Origin: Verrucomicrobiales bacterium
Lineage (GTDB): Bacteria > Verrucomicrobiota > Verrucomicrobiia > Verrucomicrobiales > V1-33
DNA length: 64,000 nucleotides
Assembly: GCA_965229245.1 (NCBI GenBank)
Contig: CBDDIW010000005.1
Span: forward strand, 334,618-398,617
Direction: 5' to 3'
Position numbers and translations under genes: made by a program. The notes under the pieces were generated by a model. The model saw only the letters and a program-made list of their open reading frames with translations, was not told the origin of the DNA and did no database searches. Below, in pieces: positions 1 to 9,496 of the stretch (the stretch's first letter is position 1; each line of letters begins with the position of its first letter).

Positions 1-2385
1 CGCTTCAATGAAATCTGGCCTGCCGCGCTGGGCTTCATCAACAAGAACGTCGGTAAGAAACAGCTCTCCGACATCATCTGGCGCTGCTGGCAGACCTCCG
101 GCCATACTGAGACGGTGGCGGCTCTGGACCGTCTGAAGGAAATGGGTTTCAAGGCCGCGACGCTCTCCGGGTGTTCCATCGGGATCACGGACATGGTCAT
201 TCCCTCCGAGAAAAAGGACGAGCTGGAGAAAGCCTATGCCGCCCTGGAGGAAGTGGACAGGTTCCACCGCCGCGGGATCATCACCGACAAGGAGCGCTAC
301 AACAAGGTCATCGACCTTTGGACGCAGGCCGGCGACCACATTCAGCAGAACCTCTTCCGCACGCTGGAATTCAACGACGGCAAGAAGCACGCGAATCCGC
401 TGTTCATGATGGTGGACTCCGGTGCCCGGGGTAACAAGCAGCAGATCAAGCAGCTGGGCGGGATGCGCGGCCTCATGGCCAAGCCCTCCGGTGAAATTAT
501 CGAGCGCCCCATTACCTCGAACTTCCGCGAAGGCCTCACGGTGCTGGAATACTTCATCTCCACCCACGGTGCGCGTAAGGGTCTCTCCGACACCGCGCTC
601 AAGACGGCGGACTCCGGTTACATGACCCGGAAGCTGGTGGACGTGGCCCAGGACGTGATCGTCTTCGAACACGACTGCGGCACCTCGAATGGCATCACCG
701 TCAACTCCATCTATGAAGGTGACGAAGAAGTGGTGGACCTGAAGCAGCGGATCTACGGCCGCGCTTCGTGCGAAACCGTGCGTGACCCGGTGACGAAGGA
801 AACCATCGTCAAGGCGAACGACATCATCACCGAAAAGCAGGCGGAATCCCTGACCCGCATCGGTGTGGAGCAGCTCAAGATCCGCTCCGTGCTCACCTGC
901 GAAAGCAAGCGTGGGTGCTGTGTGCTCTGCTACGGCCTGCACCTGGGAACGGGTGCCGAGGTGAAGATCGGTGAAGCGGTGGGCATCGTCGCCGCGCAGT
1001 CCATCGGTGAACCGGGAACGCAGCTGACCATGCGGACGTTCCACATCGGTGGTGTCGCCGGCGGCTCGTTCAAGCAGCCGATCGTGAAGGTGAAGAACAC
1101 CGGTCTGGTGCGCTACAACGACGTGCGCGCGGTCAAGATCACGGATGGCAACTTCATCGTTCTCACCAAGAACGGCACCGTCAGCGTGCATGACCCCGAA
1201 GGCCGGGAACTGGAGAGCCACAAGCTCGTCATCGGTTCCATCATCTACAAGGCCGAGGGTGAGACGATCAAGAAGGGCGAGACGCTCGTGACGTGGGAAC
1301 AACACGCCGTGCCGGTGATCACCGAGCGCGAGGGTGTCATCGACTTCCGCGACATGATTCCCGGCATCACCCTCGGTAAGAGCGGGGAGAAGGGCTCGGA
1401 CCAGATGATCGTGCTGGAGCACAAGGAGGACCTGCACCCGCAGATCGTCGTCGTGCATCCGAAGAGCAAGGAAGTGCTGGCCAGCTACTCTATTCCCGCC
1501 GGGGCGTTCATCTCGGTGAAGAAGGGAGACACGGTGGATGCCGGAACGACCCTCGCCAAGACACCGCGTAAGGTGTCGAAGGCGAAGGACATCACCGGGG
1601 GTCTTCCCCGGGTGGCCGAGCTCTTCGAGGCCCGGAAGCCGAAGGATCACGCCGAGATCGCGAAAATCGACGGGGTGGTCTCCATCGGCGGCATGGTTCG
1701 CGGCAAGCGCAAGGTCATCGTCACGGACGAGGAGTCCGGCGAGGAGGAGGAACACCTCGTCCCCCGCGGCAAGCACATCATCGTCTTCGAAGGCGACCGC
1801 CTGAAGAAGGGCGACCAGATCACCGAAGGTCCGGTGGTGCCGCACGAAATTCTCGAGATCCTCGGGCCGCATGAGCTCCAGGAGCACCTCGTGAACGAAG
1901 TGCAGATGGTTTACCGCCTGCAAGGGGTGGAAATCAATGACAAGCACATTGAGATCATCATCCGCCAGATGCTCCGCAAGGTGAAGATCAGCGATCCGGG
2001 CGATACCGAATTCCTCTGGGGCGACCAGGTGGAGCGCATCGCCTTCGAGGAAGCCAACGCCAAGATCGTGGATCAGGGTGGTAAGCCGGCGGAAGCCGAG
2101 CCCGTCCTGCTCGGGATCACGAAGGCCAGCCTTGAGACGGACTCCTTCATCTCCGCCGCCTCCTTCCAGGACACGACGCGCGTTCTCACGGACGCCGCCA
2201 CCCTGGGCAAGTTCGACTGGCTGCGCGGGTTCAAGGAAAACGTCATCATGGGTCACCTCATTCCCGCCGGCACCGGCTTCCACCGGAACCGCAACATGCG
2301 CCTCCAGGAGTCCGGCGAGGTCCGGAAGAGCGACGGTCTCGACGATGTCGAGAACGAAGCCGACTCCCTCCTCGAAGCCATGTAA
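1..2385 (+). CDS. rpoC: DNA-directed RNA polymerase subunit beta' (C-terminal ~795 aa; 5' end outside window)
   Basis: Frame 1 is open from nt 1 ([12 protein letters not shown]...) into ORF 115..2385. Beta' hallmark stretches are present: [84 protein letters not shown]. Confidence 0.97.
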   Translation, partial: RFNEIWPAALGFINKNVGKKQLSDIIWRCWQTSGHTETVAALDRLKEMGFKAATLSGCSIGITDMVIPSEKKDELEKAYAALEEVDRFHRRGIITDKERYNKVIDLWTQAGDHIQQNLFRTLEFNDGKKHANPLFMMVDSGARGNKQQIKQLGGMRGLMAKPSGEIIERPITSNFREGLTVLEYFISTHGARKGLSDTALKTADSGYMTRKLVDVAQDVIVFEHDCGTSNGITVNSIYEGDEEVVDLKQRIYGRASCETVRDPVTKETIVKANDIITEKQAESLTRIGVEQLKIRSVLTCESKRGCCVLCYGLHLGTGAEVKIGEAVGIVAAQSIGEPGTQLTMRTFHIGGVAGGSFKQPIVKVKNTGLVRYNDVRAVKITDGNFIVLTKNGTVSVHDPEGRELESHKLVIGSIIYKAEGETIKKGETLVTWEQHAVPVITEREGVIDFRDMIPGITLGKSGEKGSDQMIVLEHKEDLHPQIVVVHPKSKEVLASYSIPAGAFISVKKGDTVDAGTTLAKTPRKVSKAKDITGGLPRVAELFEARKPKDHAEIAKIDGVVSIGGMVRGKRKVIVTDEESGEEEEHLVPRGKHIIVFEGDRLKKGDQITEGPVVPHEILEILGPHELQEHLVNEVQMVYRLQGVEINDKHIEIIIRQMLRKVKISDPGDTEFLWGDQVERIAFEEANAKIVDQGGKPAEAEPVLLGITKASLETDSFISAASFQDTTRVLTDAATLGKFDWLRGFKENVIMGHLIPAGTGFHRNRNMRLQESGEVRKSDGLDDVENEADSLLEAM

Positions 2386-2409
2386 GCCCTTCGCGGCCTG
2401 ACCTTATGC

Positions 2410-2441
2410 GCCGCGCCCTGGAAACAGGGCGCGGCTTTTTT
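2410..2441 (+). terminator. Rho-independent terminator after rpoC
   Basis: Perfect 11-bp stem GCCGCGCCCTG / CAGGGCGCGGC with a GAAA loop, followed by TTTTTT. It sits 25 nt after the rpoC stop. Confidence 0.8.
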
Positions 2442-2529
2442 ATGCCCCCGGCCCGGCGGCTTATTTCCCTCACTCCCCTTGCATCAGCGCGGCGTATTCT
2501 TTAAGGACTCCCTGACTCTCCCTTTTACC

Positions 2530-3303
2530 ATGGCCGCCGCGACTACCACCCTCAATCTTACCCTCAAAATCTGGCGTCAACCGGGACCCAAAGCCCCGGG
2601 AAGATTTGAAACGCGCGAGGTGAAAGGCATTCCGGATTCCGCCTCCTTCCTGGAGATGCTGGACATCGTGAACGAGGGCATCATCAATGAAGGTGGAAAC
2701 CCGGTGGCCTTCGACCATGACTGCCGGGAGGGCATCTGCGGCATGTGTTCCCTGGTCATCAATGGCATGCCTCATGGCCCGAATCGCGGCGTCACCACCT
2801 GCCAGTTGCACATGCGCAGCTTCCGCTCCGGAGACACCATCTGGATCGAGCCCTTCCGTGCCCGTTCCTTCCCCGTGATCCGGGACCTCGCGGTAGACCG
2901 CGGCGCTTTTGACCGCATCATCCAGGCGGGCGGTTATATCAGCGTGCGCACCGGTTCCGCGCCGGAGGCGAACAGCGTGCCGGTGCCGAAGGATGACGCG
3001 GATGCCTCCTTCACCGCCGCCGCCTGTATCGGCTGCGGGGCCTGCGTGGCCGCCTGTAAGAATGCCAGCGCCATGCTCTTCGTCTCCGCGAAGATCGCCC
3101 ACCTCAATCTTCTGCCCCAGGGCAAGCCGGAAGCAAAGGGACGCTCCCTGGCCATGGTGCGCGCCATGGACAAGGAAGGGTTTGGCAACTGCACGAATCA
3201 GTATGAGTGCGAAGCCGTGTGCCCCAAGGAGATCAGCGCCGACTACATCCGTCAGATGAACCGGGATTACCGCCGGGCCGCGCTCGCGGATGCCGCGGGT
3301 TAA
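2530..3303 (+). CDS. sdhB: Succinate dehydrogenase/fumarate reductase iron-sulfur subunit
   Basis: Three Fe-S cluster motifs: [15 protein letters not shown] (2Fe-2S), [11 protein letters not shown] (4Fe-4S), [12 protein letters not shown] (3Fe-4S). Start placed at internal ATG 2530 ([10 protein letters not shown]); the ORF track starts at 2479. Confidence 0.88.
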   Translation: MAAATTTLNLTLKIWRQPGPKAPGRFETREVKGIPDSASFLEMLDIVNEGIINEGGNPVAFDHDCREGICGMCSLVINGMPHGPNRGVTTCQLHMRSFRSGDTIWIEPFRARSFPVIRDLAVDRGAFDRIIQAGGYISVRTGSAPEANSVPVPKDDADASFTAAACIGCGACVAACKNASAMLFVSAKIAHLNLLPQGKPEAKGRSLAMVRAMDKEGFGNCTNQYECEAVCPKEISADYIRQMNRDYRRAALADAAG

Positions 3304-3375
3304 CGGGCTTTTCTCTCCCGCCCTCTTCTTTCCGGGACTTCTCCCGGCACGGATTTTGCCCTGACCTTCCGCCAC

Positions 3376-6300
3376 ATGGCTTCACGCGTTCATCAGGATC
3401 CCGCGCCCGGAAACGCGGTGCTTTGTCACCGGGGAGATGGGGTCACCGTCTCGCTCCAGACGCCGCCAGGAGGCACGGCCTGGCTGCGAACAAACGCCCC
3501 CGCCGCCGCTATCCGGAGGCAGGAGGTCATTGAAGCCGTGGAACTGGGATATCCCCGGCCCGGACAGGACTGGCAGGATCTTCCGATGGAACCCCTGGGT
3601 GATGGACGCTGGTCCTGTCGCCTGGCACTGGAGGACATTGGTTGTTATGAGGCGAAGGCTTACTGGTTGCCGGAGGGCTCGGACACGCCCTTGTGGCCGG
3701 ACGGCTCGGCGGGCAATCTCCGGCTGAAGGTCCAGCCCGCGTGGACGGCCTCCGGCTGTTCCATTTATTCCGCCTTCACCCGGATGTTTCAGCCGCCACT
3801 GCCCGCTGAACCCGCCGGCGTGGCCGAACTGGACGCCGTCGGCTGGACGGTGATCCCGCCCTCCGGAACCTTCCGGGCACTCGCGGCGGAGGTTCCGCGG
3901 ATCATCGATGAAATGGGGTTCCGCGTCGTGATGCTGCTACCCCCCTTCTCCGTGCCCACCACGCACGCGCGCATGGGCCGCTTTGGCAGTCCGTTTGCCG
4001 CTCTGGATTATCAGACCGTGGACCCTGCCTGCGCGGAGCACGACGGAAAAACCACGCCGCTCGAACAGTTCCAGGAACTCGGCGATGCCATTCATTCCCG
4101 GGGAGGCAGGCTGTTCATCGATGTCCCGATCAACCACACCGGCTGGGCCTCCCGCCTCATGCAGTTGCATCCGGAGTGGTATAAGCGCGACGGGGACGGC
4201 GAGTTTCATTCCCCGGGTGCCTGGGGCGTCGTCTGGGCCGACCTGGTGGAGCTGGACTTCACGCATCGTGATCTCTGGCGGGAAATGGCCGGGGTGTTTC
4301 TCTACTGGTGCCGCCAGGGAGTCGATGGCTTCCGCTGCGATGCCGGATACATGGTGCCCGTGCCCGTGTGGGAATACATCACGGCCAAAGTCCGGGAGGA
4401 ATATCCGGACACCCTCTTCCTCCTGGAGGGTTTGGGCGGCCCGGTGGCGACCACTCTGGAACTCCTGACCACGGGTGGGCTGGACTGGGCCTACAGCGAA
4501 TTGTTTCAGAACGAGGACCGGGGCGCCATCGACTGGTATCTGCCCCAGGCCATCGCGCACAGTGCCACGCACGGCCTGCACGTTCACTTTGCCGAGACCC
4601 ACGACAACAACCGCCTTGCCGCCAAAGGCGCGGTGTGGGCCCGCATGCGAATCGCCCTCTGTGCCCTGGCCTCACCCAATGGAGGATGGGGCCTCACCTG
4701 TGGCGCGGAGTGGCTGGCGGCGGAGAAGGTCCATGTCCACGGCGCATCCCCGCTGAATACCGGCGCGGAGCCGAATCTCATTGCCGGCATCGCGGCTCTG
4801 AACCGCCTGCTGGCCACGCATCCCGCCTTTCGTTCAGGCTCCACGCTGGATCTCATCACCCAGGGCGAAGGCCCCGGGATCGCCCTGCGCCGCCTGCCCG
4901 CGGCGGGAGGACAGTCCGTGCTGGTCGTGGCAAATCTGAATCCCCAGGCTCCCGCCATCGTGCGCTGGAAAGCCCCGGACTTCGCCGCCGCCCGGCCCGG
5001 TTTGTGTCTCTGGACCGGCCAGGCTCTAACTGTCAGGGAAAAGGACGGTTTTTGTGCGCTCGACCTTCCCGCGGGAGCCGTCTTCTGCCTGCCCTCTCCC
5101 GATCCCATCGCCGGGCTCCCATCCAAGACGCCCATCTCCCTGGAAAACGCAGTCATCGTTACCCTTCCCCGCGATGAACGCCGGACCATCGTCTGGCCGC
5201 CAGAGGAGGATCTAGTGGTAGTGGCCCTGGTTCCCTTTTCCGCGGAACTCCGGGATCGGAATACCGTTGCCTCCTCCGCCCACAGCTCCCCTTCACCGGA
5301 AGGCACCAATCATCTGGTCCGCGTTCCTTTTGTCAGGGCCGGCACCCTGCATGTCCGGCTGCACCAGGAGGGCGGCATCACCCGGCTGGACGTGCCTTTG
5401 CATCAGCCGGGAGAGGAAATGGCACTCCACTCCTCCCTGACAGGGGCGGAGGTTCGCGCGTTGCCGGACCTCCACGTTCTCCTGACAAACGGCACGGGAG
5501 CCATGACCCACACCCGCGCCGCGTGGGGAACGTTGCGCACGCAGTATGATTGCCTGCTGGCCGCCAATCCGGACCCGCTTGTCCCCGTGGACCGCCGCAT
5601 CCTGTTGAGCCGCTGCCGGGCGTGGATCGTCCGCCGGGGATTCTCCACGGAACTCACAGCCGCGTGGACCACGGCGGTCTGTCTCCTTTCCTCCGGACAT
5701 GCCGCATGGAGCTTCCATCTACCCTGCGGTGACGGGCACTGGATTGATCTCACGATGACCACCCATCTTGTCGCTGGAGAGGACCGGGTGTTGCTGCATT
5801 TCGAGCGTCAGGACGATGGCACGGAACCCGTCATGCTCATCCTGCGACCGGACATCGAGGATCGCGGATTCCATGAAAAGACCGTCCTCACCGGCGAGGC
5901 TCCGGGCATCATGAGCGCCGCCACCGCCGCAGGGCCGTCCGGCTTTCGTCAGCCCTGCCACAATGGCGGTCTATATGTTAGCATGGAAGGCGCTGACTTT
6001 GTTGTCCAGCCGGAGTTCAAAAACGTCAGCCATCCCCTGGACGCCAGACGTGGCCTGGGCGGGTCCTCGGACCTTTACAGCCCGGGCTATTTTGAAACGA
6101 AGCTTGCCGCCCGCGCCACCGCCGTCCTCAGTGCCTCGCTGATCCCTCACGGCCAGGAAGCCACCGCTCCCGTGCCCCCGTTGCCCGTGACCCACGCGCA
6201 CACGCTGAAAACCGCGCTGATGCAGTTCGTGGTCCGGCGGGATGGAGGGAAAACCATCATCGCCGGTTATCCCTGGTTTCTCGACTGGGGCCGGGACACG

Positions 6301-7383
6301 CTCATCGTGCTGCGCGGGCTTGTCGCCGCCGGGGAGCATGGCACGGTCCGGGACACGCTGCGCACCTTCGCGGGTTTTGAGGAAAACGGCACCCTGCCGA
6401 ACATGATTCGCGGGAACGACTGCTCGAACCGCAGCACCTCGGATGCCCCGCTCTGGTTCTGCGTGGCCACCGCGGACCTTCTCGCGGCGGAGCAGTCCGA
6501 CGCCTTCCTGGACGAACGCGCGGGCGGGCGGACTATCCGGGAGGTCATCCGGTCCATCGCCTCCCATTACATCAGCGGCACGCCCAATGGCATCCACATA
6601 GACCCCGCCAGCGGCCTCATCTGGAGTCCCTCCCACTACACCTGGATGGATACCAATTACCCCGCCGGCACCCCGCGGGAGGGCTACCCGCTCGATATCC
6701 AGGCGCTCTGGCACGGCACGCTCCGGCTGCTGGGCCGCATCGATCCCGGCGGGCAATGGCCAGCCCTCGCGGCAAAGGTCCGGGATTCCATCGCCACGCT
6801 TTATAACAGGAAAACGCCGGAGTTTCTCTCGGACTGCCTCCACGGTCCCTCCGGCACGCCCGCCGCCTCCGCGGAGGCGGATGACCACCTCCGGCCCAAT
6901 CAATTGCTGGCCATCACCCTGGGAGCCGTCACGGATTCCGCGCTGGCCGGACGCATCATCGCCTCCAGTATGGAACTGCTGGTGCCCGGAGCCATCCGCA
7001 CCCTCGCGGACCGGTCCGTCACCTTCGAGCTGCCAGTCTATCGCGATGGCCATTTGTTGAACAATCCCCGGGCACCCTTCTGGCCCACCTATCAAGGCGA
7101 CGAGGACACCCGGCGGAAGCCCGCCTATCACAATGGCACCGCCTGGCCCTGGCCCATGCCCGCGCTGCCGGAGGCTATTCTCCTAACAGGAGGCTCCCCC
7201 GCCCGCGCCCGGGCGATCCTGGCCTCCATGATCCCTCTTTCCTCCACCTTCTGCCTCGGTCATCTGCCGGAGATCGTGGATGCCGGCATCCCCCACACAC
7301 CCGGGGGCTGCGGAGCCCAGGCGTGGTCGGTTTCCGAGCTGCTGCGGGTGGAAAAACTCCTTCATTCATCCCCTTCGCCATGA
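3376..7383 (+). CDS. Glycogen-debranching-type fusion: N-terminal GH13 alpha-amylase catalytic domain + C-terminal amylo-alpha-1,6-glucosidase (GDE_C) domain
   Basis: GH13 conserved regions FIDVPINHTG, GFRCDAGYMVP, LLEGLGG, FAETHDNN. C-terminal GDE_C-like stretches IIAGYPWFLDWGRDTLIVLRGL and HNGTAWPWP. Confidence 0.85.
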   Translation: MASRVHQDPAPGNAVLCHRGDGVTVSLQTPPGGTAWLRTNAPAAAIRRQEVIEAVELGYPRPGQDWQDLPMEPLGDGRWSCRLALEDIGCYEAKAYWLPEGSDTPLWPDGSAGNLRLKVQPAWTASGCSIYSAFTRMFQPPLPAEPAGVAELDAVGWTVIPPSGTFRALAAEVPRIIDEMGFRVVMLLPPFSVPTTHARMGRFGSPFAALDYQTVDPACAEHDGKTTPLEQFQELGDAIHSRGGRLFIDVPINHTGWASRLMQLHPEWYKRDGDGEFHSPGAWGVVWADLVELDFTHRDLWREMAGVFLYWCRQGVDGFRCDAGYMVPVPVWEYITAKVREEYPDTLFLLEGLGGPVATTLELLTTGGLDWAYSELFQNEDRGAIDWYLPQAIAHSATHGLHVHFAETHDNNRLAAKGAVWARMRIALCALASPNGGWGLTCGAEWLAAEKVHVHGASPLNTGAEPNLIAGIAALNRLLATHPAFRSGSTLDLITQGEGPGIALRRLPAAGGQSVLVVANLNPQAPAIVRWKAPDFAAARPGLCLWTGQALTVREKDGFCALDLPAGAVFCLPSPDPIAGLPSKTPISLENAVIVTLPRDERRTIVWPPEEDLVVVALVPFSAELRDRNTVASSAHSSPSPEGTNHLVRVPFVRAGTLHVRLHQEGGITRLDVPLHQPGEEMALHSSLTGAEVRALPDLHVLLTNGTGAMTHTRAAWGTLRTQYDCLLAANPDPLVPVDRRILLSRCRAWIVRRGFSTELTAAWTTAVCLLSSGHAAWSFHLPCGDGHWIDLTMTTHLVAGEDRVLLHFERQDDGTEPVMLILRPDIEDRGFHEKTVLTGEAPGIMSAATAAGPSGFRQPCHNGGLYVSMEGADFVVQPEFKNVSHPLDARRGLGGSSDLYSPGYFETKLAARATAVLSASLIPHGQEATAPVPPLPVTHAHTLKTALMQFVVRRDGGKTIIAGYPWFLDWGRDTLIVLRGLVAAGEHGTVRDTLRTFAGFEENGTLPNMIRGNDCSNRSTSDAPLWFCVATADLLAAEQSDAFLDERAGGRTIREVIRSIASHYISGTPNGIHIDPASGLIWSPSHYTWMDTNYPAGTPREGYPLDIQALWHGTLRLLGRIDPGGQWPALAAKVRDSIATLYNRKTPEFLSDCLHGPSGTPAASAEADDHLRPNQLLAITLGAVTDSALAGRIIASSMELLVPGAIRTLADRSVTFELPVYRDGHLLNNPRAPFWPTYQGDEDTRRKPAYHNGTAWPWPMPALPEAILLTGGSPARARAILASMIPLSSTFCLGHLPEIVDAGIPHTPGGCGAQAWSVSELLRVEKLLHSSPSP

Positions 7384-7487
7384 GACCTTTTCAGTCCTGA
7401 CGCCCTCGCCAAATACGCATCCGCCGGGGAAAGTTATTTGCACTGAGTCTTGAAATCCCTTCATGGCTCAGCCACTTTACGGGCATC

Positions 7488-9473
7488 ATGAGCCATGAAG
7501 TGGAAGTTTACGGAAATGCAGTCGTCGCCACGGTGCATGGAGCGCTGGACGGGGAGGCGGCCCGCGGGTTATCTTCGGGGTTGAGGAGCCGGTCTTCCCC
7601 CGGAGCCACGGTCATCATCGATATGTCAGGAGTCTCCTCCGTGGATGTGGAGGGCATCACCCAGGTGGTGGCGCTCAAGCGGTGGGCGGAGCGGGAAAGT
7701 GGCAAGCTGATCCTCGCGGCCCCCTCCTACGAGGTCATGGACGCCTTGAGATCCAACGGACTGGACCGGATTTTTGAGACCTCCCCCAGCCGGGAGGACG
7801 CCCTGGATATCGCGGGAGCGGGTGGTGGCGCGGGTTCCTCCGCGGCGGCGTATTCCACCGGCGGCTACGGCGCCCCCCCCATGCCTCCCCCGGAGATCAT
7901 TCCCACGGATCCCGAGCCCTTTCATCCCACGACGCCTCCACCCATGTACGCGCCGGAGGAAGCCACACGGCGCGCTCAGCCGGGCGATCCGGAGGAAAAT
8001 GCCTGGGTGAAGCCGGACCGCGCCGCCACCCGGCAGGCCCCGCCGCCCGAGACCTACGCGCCCCCGCCTCTACAGCACCAGCCGCCACGGAAGAAAAAGA
8101 GCGCCCTGCCGCTCATCCTGTTCCTCCTCATCCTCCTGGGTGGCGGCGGCTTTGCGGCCTGGTATTTCCTGCTGAACAAGAAGCCGGAAGTCGTGGCCCA
8201 GACGGGAGGAGCCTGGCCACTGGTGGAGGGCACGGAGGCGGACTTTGAGATCAAATTCCGCAACGCCATTTCCATTTCCATCGTGGATGAACTGCCGGAC
8301 GATCTCACGCTGAATCCGGATGTCAAAACCTACGCGGACGGCACCAAGTCCCAGACCATCGTGGGCGATACCCGGAAGCTGGGCGAGCATGCCTTTTCCG
8401 TCCAGGCCACGCCCGAGGGCGGTGGCACGCCCTCTCCGGCGGTAAAGTTCAGCTTCAATGTCACGCCCGAGGAAGTGCGGAATACCGCGGGCACTTCCAT
8501 CGCCGAAGGATTTGAAAACCAGGCGTTCAAACCGAAATTCCGCGAACTGGCCCGGGGCTGCAAAACCGTCAGTGCCAAAGGATTGGAGGACACCGGCCTC
8601 ACCGTCACGCTGGATGGGCGCACCGCTTATCTGGAAGGCACTCCTGTAAAAGCAGGCACGATTTCCTTCACGCTCAACGCCGAGAACGCCGACGCGAAAG
8701 CCGCGTCCTTCCCCTACACCGTCGTCATCAAGCCGGATAAAGCGAAGGTGGTCAGCGTTCCCGTGAAGGACCCCACTCCTCCTCTGGAGAAAGATCCCAC
8801 GTCCCCGGAAAAGGAGCCCACCACCACGCCGGAAAAAGACCCGACCACTCCTGAAAAGGAGCCCGTGACCCCGGAAAAAGAACCCACGCAGCCGGTCAAG
8901 AAACCGGATCTTCCCGTGAAGGAGAAGCCTCCGGTCATCGTGGAGGAACCGGAGGAAGAGTCCATTGATCCCGCCATGCTCGCGATGCTGCGGGACCGCA
9001 TCGACAAGTCACGCTACTCGGATTCCGACAAGGCCCGGATGCGGAGCGCGGTGAATCAGGTTCAGTTTGCCCGGCGGATCGCCTCCGTGAAATTCGGTAA
9101 CGCCGAGAAATCTCTCTCCTCCGATGCGAAGGATGACCTCCGCAAAGAACTGCGCGCCGCCCCGGAACTGGCCAAGGGCCGGAAGGAAACGCTGGACTTT
9201 GTGGTGATCGGCTACGCCTCCCGCAAAGGCGCGCTGCCCCTGAACATCGCCATTAGCAAGGCACGGGCCGCCTCCGTGGAGGCCGTGCTCAAGGGTTCGG
9301 AATTCGGAGTCACCCCGAAGTTCACGGGCGACTATGGTGCCACGGATGTGCTCGGTTCCTCCGAGGAGGCGAACCGTGTGGTGGAGGTCTATGCCGTGCT
9401 GGTGAAGAAGGAAACCGCCGACACCCTGCGCCGCCTCATTGAGGACATGAAGCGCCTCTCCGGTTCCCACTGA
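7488..9473 (+). CDS. STAS domain - proline-rich linker - TM helix - putative Ig domains - PT-rich linker - OmpA-like peptidoglycan-binding domain protein (first gene of the T6SS operon)
   Basis: N-terminus resembles SpoIIAA/STAS (VATVHGALDGEAA...VIIDMSGVSSVDVEGITQVVAL...LILAAPSYEVMDAL). Single TM helix LPLILFLLILLGGGGFAAWYFLL. C-terminus is OmpA-like (LDFVVIGYASRKGALPLNIAISKARAASVEAVL...RVVEVYAV). A 23-bp gap separates it from the next gene. Confidence 0.7.
   Translation: MSHEVEVYGNAVVATVHGALDGEAARGLSSGLRSRSSPGATVIIDMSGVSSVDVEGITQVVALKRWAERESGKLILAAPSYEVMDALRSNGLDRIFETSPSREDALDIAGAGGGAGSSAAAYSTGGYGAPPMPPPEIIPTDPEPFHPTTPPPMYAPEEATRRAQPGDPEENAWVKPDRAATRQAPPPETYAPPPLQHQPPRKKKSALPLILFLLILLGGGGFAAWYFLLNKKPEVVAQTGGAWPLVEGTEADFEIKFRNAISISIVDELPDDLTLNPDVKTYADGTKSQTIVGDTRKLGEHAFSVQATPEGGGTPSPAVKFSFNVTPEEVRNTAGTSIAEGFENQAFKPKFRELARGCKTVSAKGLEDTGLTVTLDGRTAYLEGTPVKAGTISFTLNAENADAKAASFPYTVVIKPDKAKVVSVPVKDPTPPLEKDPTSPEKEPTTTPEKDPTTPEKEPVTPEKEPTQPVKKPDLPVKEKPPVIVEEPEEESIDPAMLAMLRDRIDKSRYSDSDKARMRSAVNQVQFARRIASVKFGNAEKSLSSDAKDDLRKELRAAPELAKGRKETLDFVVIGYASRKGALPLNIAISKARAASVEAVLKGSEFGVTPKFTGDYGATDVLGSSEEANRVVEVYAVLVKKETADTLRRLIEDMKRLSGSH
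8763..8940 (+). repeat. In-frame PT/PEK-rich tandem repeat (linker) inside the STAS-OmpA gene
   Basis: Translation: VKDPTPPLEKDPTSPEKEPTTTPEKDPTTPEKEPVTPEKEPTQPVKKPDLPVKEKPP. It is a degenerate 7-8 aa unit P-E-K-(D/E)-P-T-T. Confidence 0.8.
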
Positions 9474-9496
9474 CTGGCCATCCCTCCCCTGTCCTG

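Noticed and set aside
2470-3375. 301-aa minus-strand ORF covering the whole sdhB region.
   Set aside because: The plus-strand frame encodes all three canonical Fe-S cluster motifs. The minus-strand translation is Gly/Ala/His/Arg-rich without motifs.
8763-8940. Short tandem repeats (the PT-rich unit here and the 69-bp unit at 39777-40085) considered as possible CRISPR-like arrays.
   Set aside because: Both lie in-frame within long coding sequences. They lack unique spacers of constant length. No cas genes are present in the window.
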